Shown here: positions 1 through 10,649 of the stretch, piece after piece
Layout: every line of letters starts with the position of its first letter
Position numbering within the stretch: the stretch's first letter is position 1
Origin: Octopus bimaculoides
Taxonomy: Eukaryota
Reading direction: 5' to 3'
Assembly: GCF_001194135.2 (NCBI RefSeq)
Contig: NC_068998.1
Span: forward strand, 16,912,661 to 16,976,660
Length of the DNA stretch: 64,000 nucleotides
Made by a program: the position numbers and the translations under genes
The notes under the pieces: model-generated
Told to the model about the DNA's origin: nothing
What the model saw: only the letters and a program-made list of their open reading frames with translations
The model's database searches: none

Positions 1-932
1 AATTTGCATATACACATACATTAATAATGTTTTTTTTTTTAAATACATTGTTTGCTAAAATGCACATATCTGAGTCAATCAAGAGTCAACCAACACATTG
101 AGTGTAGCTCCTTTTTTATCAAATTCTTCCCTTGAAGAAATACCCAATTCGACATATTCACATAAAAATTTAAATTAATTTAATTTAATTCCTCAAATTT
201 AATTAATTGGGTGTGGAAACAGCTGTAGGAGCAAGGAATTTGATATTGTACAGAATTGATTATGTTCAAATAAATTGATGTCTATACATCAGTTTCTCCG
301 ATTTCTTTTTCTATTACTTAAATGATTTATACCCATGTCCATCAACGTGAAACTAACATCTTTGGTTTTTCACTGACACTGGATAAAACCGGCGAACTTG
401 AATGCTGACATCCCTTTAAGAGGATTTTATATCCTTGATTTAATTGAATTGAATATACGTGGTCTGATCAATAAGTATCCGGAATGTTGCAATAGTGATG
501 AAGCTAAAGCATGCAGAATGTATATAAGTGTATAAGATGGGCTTCTTTCAATTTCTGTCAAACAAATCCACTCACAAAGTTTTGGTTGATCCAAGACTAT
601 AGTAGAAGGCACTTGCCCAAGGTACTGTGATGTGGGACTGAACCCAAGACCACATGGTTGGGAGGTAAACTTCTTAACAAAACAGCCATGCATGTACCTA
701 GTAACTATTATTTCAGAATTAAATCACATATGGTTGGCTGGCAGAAGCAAGTTCATTAAATCTGATCATTCTGTACCTAGTTAATCCATAATACCCACCA
801 AGGATTTGGTAAAAGCATTATGACATATTATAATTTGAAACTCATAAAAGAGAGGGACAATGCATTAATCAGGCAAAATCCAAAAAGTTTTGAAAAGAAG
901 GACAATATGAAATAGTCAGAAAATCAACGTAC

Positions 933-1009
933 TTGTTCAGTCGATCAGTCCTCAAAGCTTGAAGCACCATTTTAGTAGCATTCAGACTCATGACACAGAA
1001 TGGAAAATG
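933..1009 (-). CDS. ELMOD3: ELMOD3-like exon (HFPFCVMSLNATKMVLQALRTDRLNK), phase 0 to 2
   Basis: Acceptor tttttaaag|CAT, donor AA|GTACGT, 77 nt; ELMO-domain FPFC motif. Confidence 0.88.
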
Positions 1010-1222
1010 CTTTAAAAAATGCAATATACAATGCTTATGTATGTGTACAAACAAACAATTCAAATAAACGAAAAAAAACAAAACAAATATCAGGACATGT
1101 ATATGAAATGTATAAGCTTGATGTTCAATGAAAGGAGAGAGTTTGACATTTTGAGCATAACTCTTCATCAGAAAGGAGAAAAGAAAAGGGAAAAAGTCCA
1201 AAGATGGAANNNNNNNNNNNNN

Positions 1223-1268
<46 letters not shown>

Positions 1269-3371
1269 TACAGACATGTTCTTGACCCCCAGACAGAAGA
1301 TAAACTGTTTTTACTTCACATTTTTATAAATTTTTACTGATATTTGATAAGATGAGAGATTGCCATCAATACCTGAGTCTTGTGAGATGATAAACTGTAC
1401 ATTTTGTCTTTTAGGTTATTTAGCTGAGGCTTTGAAGTTAAATAAAGAAGTTGCAGGAGCCCAAGAAGACCAACAGCTCGCAAATCAGTTGATGGATCAG
1501 TACCTAAAGCAAAAAAGATAATGAAAACCAAAAATGAAGACAACCATCATCATCGTCATCATTGTCGTCGCTGTCATCGTCGTCGTCATCATCGTCATCG
1601 TCATTGTTGTCATCATCGTCATCATCATCTTCATCATCCGCATCCTCATCCTCATCGTCATCGTCGTCATCATCATCATCATCATCATTTAATATCCCTC
1701 TTTCCATGCTGGCATGGGTTAGATGGTTTGACAGGAACTGAACTGATGAACCAGAGGCCAGCACCCAGTTCGAATGTCTGTTTGGAATGCTTTGTACACC
1801 GACCACTTTACAGAATGTATGGGGTGCTTTTTCTGTGGCACCAGCACTAGAGAGGTCACCAAGTACATGCAAGACAAGATCTCCTCAACTGAACGGAGTA
1901 TAGTATTGAAGGAGGTGAAAGTATTGCAAAGGGACAGGAATAGATGTCTTGCAGAAGACATCTATTGTGGCTTCTCCAGCTGGAAAGAGAGAGTGATGGT
2001 GAGAGTAAGCCATCAAGGTACAAGGTTAATATAAGAGAGAGAATAGGGAGTGAGGAATGGAAGAAGTGGGTAGGTAGATAAATGCACTAGAGTATGAAAA
2101 CATTGTGACAGGTGATTCTAATTTGTCACAAGAAAAAAGGTCACATGAAACCACTAAATATTTAGTTCTTAAATATTTATTTTTAGTGAAACCCTAAGTC
2201 TATAAACTGGGGATGGATGGTGGAAATAGACAACTAAGTTGACCTTACTATTTTATTGGTACTACAGTCCCACCCATGCTAGCATGGAAGGCAGACATTA
2301 AACGATGATGATGATGATGATAGTGTTTTGGCTTCTGGAAGAGTGAAAGTTGAAGTCAACCTTGGCAGAACTTGAACCGTGAATGTAGAGAGAGGTACAC
2401 TCAAGGCACTTTAACTTGTACAATGCTAATACCATATCTACCAATCAACCTCCCTAAACTTTTCCTTTGGTTGTCATTCAGCATAATTTACTCTGTTTGC
2501 AAGTAGTCATACTAAGAAATCTGGGTCCATCTCTCCTTTCCACATTTTTCTTGCAGACATTTACCTGCACATTGTATAGATTTGGAGGTGGCAGCAGCAA
2601 TAGAACCCTCCACCTCCTCCTCCTTTAACATCCGTTTTTCAGGCTGGCATGGGTTGGACTGTTTGACCTGAGTTGGCAAGCTGGAGAGCTGCACCAGGTT
2701 TTTATGTGGCACCAGCACAAGACTCTTCCGGGCCAATCTTCTTCACCAGGGAATGCAGCCTTAACACTTCTGCTGTGGAGGATGGGTCTCTTTAAGCATC
2801 ATCTGCATCAATTATTTCATACCAGTCTTGGAAGGTTTGGTAGAAAACTTCATGAATACTACCTAAACTCCTCTTTCTCTGATGACTATGATGACTAACT
2901 TATTAAAAACTACCATATAGGAAAAAAGCAATGGTTATTCACAGCAGCCAGTTAATTGTGCTCGCTTAGAGGATGTTCAATGTACTTAGTTTGCTGCATC
3001 ATGGCCACAGCTTCTGGCTGAAACAAGTAAAAGTACTTAGGCAAACATACCTTGGAAACCAATCTCTTCCCAATGATATCCATAACGGCTGCAGTTCATT
3101 TTGCGTCCAGTTAAATTGCGATACACAGCAAAAAGAGATTTCAGGTGAATTTGGTCCTGGTTATCAAAGGTAGTGGCAGCAAGACAGAAAACAAATTCTT
3201 TTGATTGTAGAAGATTACGTGAGAGTTTTGGAGGACCGAACAGAAAATTAGACAGAACTGACAACCCTTTCCGTTCAACAGACGTGTGTATTTTGTCCTG
3301 AAGTGAGTAAAAAGAAAAGAAAGGACAAATTTTTAGTGACATTTTACTAGAAGTAAACCAAAATGTATTAT

Positions 3372-3418
<47 letters not shown>

Positions 3419-3967
3419 AAAACTTCATAAGACAGCAACATCCAGAAATTTTAAAAATATAAAATTTGTGGAGAGTTAGGGCTTTGAACGAACAAACAAC
3501 AACAGAGTGGATATACAGAGTAAACAACGACAAAGACAAACATTAAGGGCCATTAGGCCAAGACGAATTGTAATGGGTTAGGCCAATTGTAATGGCCGCT
3601 AGGCCAACTGTAATGGCCGTTAGGCCAAGAGGAATTGTAATGGCCCAAGAGAAATTTTGAAAGGATATACAATGAATAGAAGGGAAGAAAATAGTAGAAG
3701 AGAAAAAATTAGTAGAAGAGAAAAAATGTTGAGAGGTGAGAGAAGAGGGAAATGATGTTCAGCTAGTTGGACATTGCATTCAGAAAAGACAGAGACAAGA
3801 AAAAGGCCTATAATCATGTGCGATCAACGGGCAGAGTAGAAGGGGGATTTGTCCTGTACTTTTCTCTTGTGTGCTTCCATATTTTTCACTCGTTAGTGAT
3901 GTCCTGTGCTTATCTCTCATGTGTTTATGTATTTTTCACTTGTTGGTGATGTTCTGTACTTAATGTG

Positions 3968-4003
<36 letters not shown>

Positions 4004-4893
4004 ACATGCATGTATGTATGAATATGTGCATATATATATTTAAATTAGTAAAAAGGCAGGAAAGCAGAAATTTCACAGATGATTCATAATTTAATGTTGC
4101 TCTACAGCTGTTTTAGTAGATAGAATAAAAACACAATCATTTATACAATTATGTAATTGGCATACATAATTATATAATTAAGTTAAATTTCATGGGTTAT
4201 TTATTCCATCAGGAGAAAAAAAACTGAAAAATAGAAACCAAAATACTACTACTATTTTAAATAAGATATATAAAAAACATGCATTTATATAATATAGTAC
4301 AATATAATATAATATAATATAATATATATATCCAGTTCACACTGTAAAGTGGTTGGCATTTGGAAGGGCATCCAGCTTTAAAAACCTTGCCAAAACTGAC
4401 CTTGCCTGTGCTTGTGCCACGTAAAAAGCACTAAGCCCACTCTGCACAGCGATTGGTGTTAGGAAGGGCATCCAGCTGTAAAACTCCTGCCAAAACAGTC
4501 ACAGAAGTCTGGTGCTGGCTTCTGCCTGGCTGGCTTCTGCCTGGCTGGCTTCTGTCAAAGTGTCCCACCCATGCCAACATGGAAGGCAGATGTTAAAAAC
4601 TATGATGATGATGTGGGTGTGTGTGTATGNNNNNNNNNNNNNNNNNNNNNNNNNNNNNNNNNNNNNNNNNNNNNNNNNNNNNNNNNNNNNNNNNNNNNNT
4701 GTGTGTACGACTGTATGTATGTATGTGTGTATGTGTGTGTGTGTGTGTGCATGTTTGCTTGTATGCATATATGTATGTATGTATGTAAGTACATAAGTAT
4801 GGATATATGTATATATTTTTACTTGCATAAACATGTATGTATGCGTGTGGAGAGAAAGAGAGAGAGAAAGAGAGAGAAAGAGAGAGAGAAAGA

Positions 4894-4959
<66 letters not shown>

Positions 4960-7900
4960 AGTGGAGTGGAGAAAGAGTGATATTTACCTTTAGATGTGAC
5001 ATGTCAAGGCTCTGAAAATACTGCAAGGCTTCTTGGAAAGCAAAGTCTGGTGTCTGCGTTTGTTGAGGATCCAAACCAACATCTCCTTTGCCTAGAAAAA
5101 GACAGTAACAGTAACTAATTAGAATATGTTTTGAGTTTTACTTGTGACCTTTTTATGCCCTTCTTCCTTTCCTGCAAGACACCAGACGGACAAGTAGCAA
5201 GTATGTGTGAGTCAGCCTCTAACCACCAGTAGGGTCTTTCTACCTGCTAAGTGGGACTTGATGCCCACATGGCCCAAAAGGGGAGAGTCTGTATGAAGTT
5301 GTTCTGACCAGCTAGAAATTGTAGCCAAATCTTCATGAAGTTACATGCAAACACTTATGAATTAAAAACTGCAAAGCAAGTTAGACAATGTAGTTCTTAG
5401 ATTACAAAGAAAGACAAAAAAAAAAGAAAAGAAAAAGAAAGAAATAGGATGGTCATGCCATAGGACTCTAGTTACATAATGAGAGTGAGATTTCTTGACT
5501 AAAATGGTAAAGACCCCTTTCTAAATGCTAAAGGGTTAAGTACTTGTCAATTGAATAAATTATACCCTCCCCAAATGTTATAGCCTTGTGCCAAAGTTAG
5601 AAATCATTATTATTACTTTTGATGTTTTTGTTGTTTGAGTGGCAAAAACAGGAGAGAACTGGATAAAAGACCATTCTGAATTTAAATCATTTAATTTCCA
5701 ATATGTAAATCAACTGGTAAGTAAGAAGTTGAATTTTGTTTAGTTGTGGCATTTAAAACATTCACTTTTATGATGGATCAATAGACAAATTTTTCTTTTT
5801 TTCTTTTACTTTGAAATTCAGTTTCTGAACATTAAAAAAAATCATTTGAGAAACTTACCATGTTCTATGTAAATTTCTCCTTTGTTTTCATTGGATGCTG
5901 AAAAGGTTAATGGTTATTTTCTAAGAAATCAATTACATACTTAGCGTTAAAATATAATAGAAATCTTTGCTTCTAATTACACAATAGTTCAGTCCAATAT
6001 TATTATTAGAGGAAATTTATTTATTGATTAACAAGCTGACAAATGGCTTTTAATTACATTATGTCATGATACAAACTAAGATTTAAAAACAGTTTGGAAT
6101 ATAAAATTCCTTTCCATACTTTTCATGAATAATCTCGTATTTGAAAAGTTTATTTTGGTTGTGAAAATGTTCAGCGTTTAGTGAAAAAAAATTACTTTCA
6201 AACCTGTAAATGAAAAATATTTGATTTAGTTGCTCAATGTCTTCCACATTGCATTCAAACTTCACTGAATAAAATTATCTATTTACACTTAATGTCAAGA
6301 TTACAGATTTTATTATGATCTTTAGGAATGTTTGGGTAGATCTGGCTTAACATTTTAGCATTCAGATTATTCTATCAAATATAATGCTTATTGACTAACA
6401 TTGTTTTGCATTAATCATGCATTATGTTGCAGCTTTGAGATTTCTTTTAGAATGACATTCTAGGGTAGGTGTGAGAAGCCAAATCTGACCTGTTTGAACA
6501 TAAAACAAGTAGAATATTTTGGGTGGATATGGTTGGTTTAAATGCTAAAGGGTTAAACTATTCAACTACAGTAACAACGACCATTTTGAATTTTCTTCAG
6601 AAGCACTAATACCAATTAGAAGCCAACATCTCACAACATAAAAATAAATTTACTCAACTCATATACCTAACCACCATAGGGTCCAGTCCTTGTTTGCTTG
6701 TGTGCCTCAATATTTCTGAGAACTATACCAACAGAATGCAAGCTCTTAGTAGGGTTTCTCATGCAGGGAAAGGTCAAAGGATAGAGACCAGACTAACATG
6801 TACCACCTCTTTCCAGAGGTAAACATGGGTTTGTGCAGGGCCAACATCCCTACCTAGAAAAAAGCAAGAGTTACAGAAGCATTGATGACAATTCAAAATC
6901 CACAAGACCTGGGAGAGGAAGTCCTTCCTTTGGGGAAACATTGACATGTTGCAGCAAAATCCAAAAGTTGAGCTGCAAGAAGCATGGATCCTACTAACCT
7001 ACCAGGAAGCAAAAATGACAGCCCAAAGTTGAGAAATGGAGAAAGGTCATCAATGAATAATACTTTACAGGAAACAAAGGACCTAAGTAAGTAAGTCATG
7101 TACCAAGAATTAGAATGTAAAATTTCTAAGCTTTTTTTCTTTCTGTGTTGTTATTACTAAGTCATTTTTACTTACCAAGTGTAATAACATCACAGTTATC
7201 CCATTCAGTTTCAGCAGTAGATGTATCAGTATTGAAATAATGTTTTCCTTCTTCAACCTGGCATGTTTGAAGTATATGTGATCCAGAACCACCCTGAATA
7301 TGCAGAGGCTGTTTATTAGTTGGAACCTGTTTGTTTGTTGCTTTAATAAATGCTGTAGGTTGTTCTAAAGTGATATCAGCAGATAGAGAATTTGGCACTA
7401 CAGTCTCAGACAAGTTGCTGTCTTGTGCAGATGGAAAGTCAGTAGGGAAAATGTCTGAATCTTGTAGAGGATAGCAGTCTTGAGTGTTTGGCTTTGAAAA
7501 TAATTTTTCTATATTAGGAGATATCTAAATATTGAAATGATAACAACAATAGATTATTTCAATTAAATTCATTAAACATTACAAAGATATATTTATAAAA
7601 ATAAACATACAGAAATTATTCAAATGCAGACCATGCATAATTATCATAGATTAAGAACAGAACTGACACAATACCCAATAAAGATATTTTCATTCTTTAG
7701 AATTAGTAGATTAGAATCTTACCTGTAGTTATTGATCTTTAATGAAAATTGATAAATTATGATATTATTTGTGATATCAAATTCACCGAGAATATATACA
7801 ATGTTTTAGAAAGCAAAGTCAGTTTCAAAAGAATCTACTTTCTCTGAGTTATTGACTAATTATTTGCAATATTTATTTTACTTGTCGATTAATTATTTCT

Positions 7901-8327
7901 GGCATGTATATTCTTTTATTCTTTTACTGGTTTCAGTCATTTGACTGCAGCCATGCTGAAATCGACCCCAGGACTTATTATTTGTAAGCTTAGTACTTAT
8001 TCTATCTGTCTCTTTTGCTGAAGCGCTAAGTTACAGGGACATAGACACACCAGCATCGGTTGTCAAGTGATGGAGGGTGAGGGAGAAACACAGGGACACA
8101 CACACATAAATACATACACATATATATATATATGATGGGCTTCTTTCAGTTTCTGTCTAATAAATCCACTGACAAGGCTTTGGTCAGTCCAAGGCTGTAG
8201 GAGAAAACACTTGCCCAAGGTGCAACGAAGTAGGACTGAACCCAGAACAATGTGGTTGGGAAGCAAGCTTCTTACCACACACACACAGTATGTGTGTGAT
8301 CAATACATGTAATATCCTATGTGTATT

Positions 8328-8382
<55 letters not shown>

Positions 8383-9413
8383 NNNNNNNNNNNNNNNNNN
8401 NNNNNNNNNNNNNNNNNNNNNNNNNNNNNNNNNNNNNNNNNNNNNNNNNNNNNNNNNNNNNNNNNNNNNNNNNNNNNNNNNTATATATATACGATTTACA
8501 ATCAAGGTGCAGAAATGGCGTATTTCTAATGAACAAGGTAATATAATTCAATGGTAGAAAGAATTCTGAGAATTAGGTACTCCAAAGTCAGTCAGAAGGC
8601 CAGGGGTCCATGTGAGCATGCGGTAAATAGTTAAATCCATAAAAAAAAAAACAAAGAACAAACACAAGAAAAAACAACAATGCAAGGATGTGATATATGC
8701 AAAGTATTAGCAGATGCTCAGGGAAAGAAAGAAAGGTAGTTTTTACATTTCAAGCAAAGCTCTTCGTCAGAAACAGGAGACAGAGGAAAGTCCTAGAGAA
8801 AAGAAGACAGAGGAAAAAAATTGCCAACGATTCACATGTGGTTACATTTTGAAAATGTAACCACATTTTTTCAAAATGTAACCACATGTGGATTTTTCTC
8901 TGTCTCCTGTTTCTGACGAAGAGCTTTGTTTGAAGCGTAAAAACTACCTTTCTTTCCTTCCCCGGGCGTCTTATTAATACTTTGCATGTACCACGTCCTC
9001 GTGTTGTTTTTTCTTGTCGTGTTTGTTCTTCATTTTTTGGGGGGATTTCAATAATCAACAAAATAAACATATAAGGAAGAATTGCTTTTTTTTTTTTTCT
9101 TATTTCTCTCAATGTGTTTCTGAACTAAAAATATTACCCAACCCTCCATAAAGAAAAAGATATGTTGTATTTTATAGAAGAAGATTGAATAACTTACTTT
9201 TGATATGGATTTGATTTCATCTCTTTCAGAAAATATGATATCATCAGGTGAGATAACATTAAAATCATCATCATTATCGTTCACACCATTATCATCACCA
9301 CCACCAGTAATATCAGCAGCAATGTCATCATCATCATCATCATCTCCATTATCATTACTACCAGTCTTATCATCACAGTAGTCATACTTCTTTGAAGAAT
9401 TCATGTCAGACAT
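933..9413 (-). CDS. ELMOD3: ELMO domain-containing protein 3-like (ARL/ARF GAP family); multi-exon, 3' end not found in window
   Basis: Exons 9198-9413, 7176-7491 (or 7508), 4988-5091, 3051-3297, 1373-1503 and 933-1009 have GT-AG ends; phases are consistent from the 7176 exon downward. Peptides [54 protein letters not shown] and HFPFCVMSLNATKMVLQALR resemble human ELMOD3 as recalled ([48 protein letters not shown]). Confidence 0.9.
1373..1503 (-). CDS. ELMOD3: ELMOD3-like exon ([22 protein letters not shown]...SHKTQ), phase 1 to 0
   Basis: Acceptor ttttttgctttag|GT, donor CAG|GTATTG, 131 nt; conserved DP-TDLR-G ELMO motif. Confidence 0.93.
1545..1690. repeat. Degenerate (CAT/CGT)n trinucleotide tract; expanded tail of a minus-strand family B element
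   Basis: ~145 nt tract adjoining ttaatatccctctttccatgctggcatggg; explains the poly-D, poly-H and poly-M ORFs. Confidence 0.9.
3051..3297 (-). CDS. ELMOD3: ELMOD3-like exon (DKIHTSVERKG...HWEEIGFQG), phase 0 to 1
   Basis: Acceptor cttcag|GAC, donor CAAG|GTATGT, 247 nt; lies within ORF 3037-3441. Confidence 0.94.
3546..3650. repeat. Short GGCC-rich minisatellite, about 4 units of 21-27 bp
   Basis: Unit ttaggccaa(gacgaa)ttgtaatggccg. Confidence 0.75.
4988..5091 (-). CDS. ELMOD3: ELMOD3-like exon ([35 protein letters not shown]), phase 1 to 0
   Basis: Acceptor ctttttctag|GC, donor AAG|GTAAAT, 104 nt. Confidence 0.87.
6347..6556. mobile_element. TTAA-bounded MITE (piggyBac-like non-autonomous element), ~210 bp
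   Basis: Ends TTAACATTTTAGCATT and AATGCTAAAGGGTTAA are imperfect inverted repeats. Further copies at 17603-17825, ~17885-18054, 18358-18585, ~22065-22135, ~60870-61000, ~63790-63944. Confidence 0.8.
7176..7491 (-). CDS. ELMOD3: ELMOD3-like N-terminal exon (...AETEWDNCDVITLG); acceptor position uncertain (7491 or 7508)
   Basis: Open frame ending in donor G|GTAAGT whose phase 1 matches the 5091 exon; AETEWD resembles the AQEEWE segment recalled from human ELMOD3. Confidence 0.7.
7911..8287 (-). mobile_element. SINE family A copy
   Basis: Reverse complement of 19315-19704 over most of its length. Confidence 0.8.
8654..9030. mobile_element. Fold-back of two inverted copies of a Penelope-like terminal-repeat fragment with hammerhead-like cores
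   Basis: 31-bp perfect inverted match 8755-8785 vs 8898-8928 within ~130-bp diverged arms; CTGACGA-A-GAGCTTTG(C/T)TT-GAA(A/G) in each arm. Confidence 0.65.
9198..9413 (-). CDS. ELMOD3: Probable first coding exon of ELMOD3-like gene, Asp-rich (MSDMNSSKKYDYCDDK...DDDDDDD...SISK)
   Basis: ATG directly follows acceptor ttatttcatcag|; donor AAA|GTAAGT; the only open frame across these 216 nt. No homology support from memory. Confidence 0.6.
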
Positions 9414-9554
9414 CTGATGAAATAAGGATTGTTTTCATAATGAAACTTGAAACATTTTCCAGCTTTGTATTCAATGAATATATAAAAATATTGGTGTCTC
9501 AATTATAAAGTTTAAGGTTCTTTAATAAGAGGAGATCTTGGCATTCTGTCAGTT

Positions 9555-10262
9555 ACAATGACAAGGGTTCCAGTTGATCTAATGGAACAGCCTGCTCATG
9601 AAATTAATGTGCAAGTGGCTGAGCACTCCACAGACATACGTACCCTTAATATAGTTCTCAAAGAGAATCAGTGGGACATAAAACGTGACAAGGCTGACCC
9701 TTTGAAATACAGGTATTACTCATTTTTGCCAGCTGAGTGGATTGGGTGGGTGGAGGTGGAAACATGAAATAAGGATGGCACTCCGTCGGTTACGACGACG
9801 AGGGTTCCAGTTGATCCGATCAACGGAACAGCCTGCTCGTGAAATTAACGTCCAAGTGGCCGAGCACTCCACAGACACGTGTACTCTTAACGTAGTTCTC
9901 GGGGGAGATTCAGCGTGACACAGAGTGTGACAAGGCTGGCCCTTTTGAATTACAGGTACAACAGAAAGAGGAAAAAAGAGTGAGAGAAAGATGAGGTGAA
10001 AGAATACAACAGAGTTCGTCACCACCCCCTGCCGGAGCCTCGTGGAGCTTTAGGTGTTTTCGCTCAATAAACACTCACAACGCCCGGTCTAGGAATCGAA
10101 ACCGCGATCCTACGACCGCGATTCCGCTGCCCGAACCACTGGGCCATTGCGCCTCCACAAACATGAAATAAAGTGTCATGCTCAAGGACAAAAGGAGCAG
10201 CTGGGTATCGAACACACGATCTTCTAATCATAAGCCAAATATTCTAACCATAAGCGATGCTC
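9555..10262 (-). mobile_element. Older related SINE interrupted by the younger SINE
   Basis: 9555-9720 is a diverged copy of the same core as 9790-9960; decayed tRNA-like head at ~10172-10262. Confidence 0.7.
9773..10158 (-). mobile_element. Young tRNA-derived SINE flanked by a 13-bp target-site duplication
   Basis: A-box TGGCCCAGTGG and B-box GGTTTCGATTCC on minus; direct repeat AAACATGAAATAA at 9760-9772 and 10159-10171; CpGs retained. Confidence 0.88.
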
Positions 10263-10649
10263 CTTCATTATAAGAGGAGACAAAGTATGAGGGACTCCCT
10301 ACGTATAATACCCAATGAAGCATTCAGAAGTGATCCTGCTCAGTACCATGGTCCATTTGGTTGTAAACTATTTATGGGAATAATTCTTAAAGAGTTATGA
10401 AGACATCTTTTACACTTACGAAATGTTAAATGAAATGTAAAATGTTCATGAATATGTTATACAATGTATCATAGGCAAAATAAAGGCTACAGACAGTGTG
10501 AGGTGGTGGTGGTGGTGGTGGTGGTGGTGGGGGGTTCGTCTGACGATTTGCATACCCAGAGAAAGTGCACATGTGATATACAGCTTCTTCTTCTGCCAGT
10601 GTTGTAAATGCTGCGTAACCACTTTCTGGTTTGCTAGATGAGATGCCAA

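Noticed and set aside
426-436. ATATCCTT U12-like donor on plus (also ~20990)
   Set aside because: Lies in repeat or intronic sequence antisense to ELMOD3, or inside a SINE; no upstream exon or matching branch point.
1-932. Final ELMOD3 exons
   Set aside because: No minus-strand frame that I examined resembled the expected ECNR...FY...W...KT..D.G.VLK segment; presumably beyond the window edge.
1497-1872. Poly-Asp, poly-His and poly-Met ORFs in several frames
   Set aside because: Translations of a (CAT/CGT)n retroposon tail inside an intron; no splice context.
3546-3650. CRISPR-like repeat array
   Set aside because: Units are contiguous without unique spacers, in a eukaryotic intron.
4499-4987. 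Extension of ORF 4499-5074 and overlapping HT/CV/YI-repeat ORFs (also near 8290-8557 and 40840-41301)
   Set aside because: Dinucleotide microsatellites and N-gaps; only 4988-5091 is exon.
10085-10158. Possible tRNA gene
   Set aside because: It is the head of a SINE with core, tail and target-site duplication.
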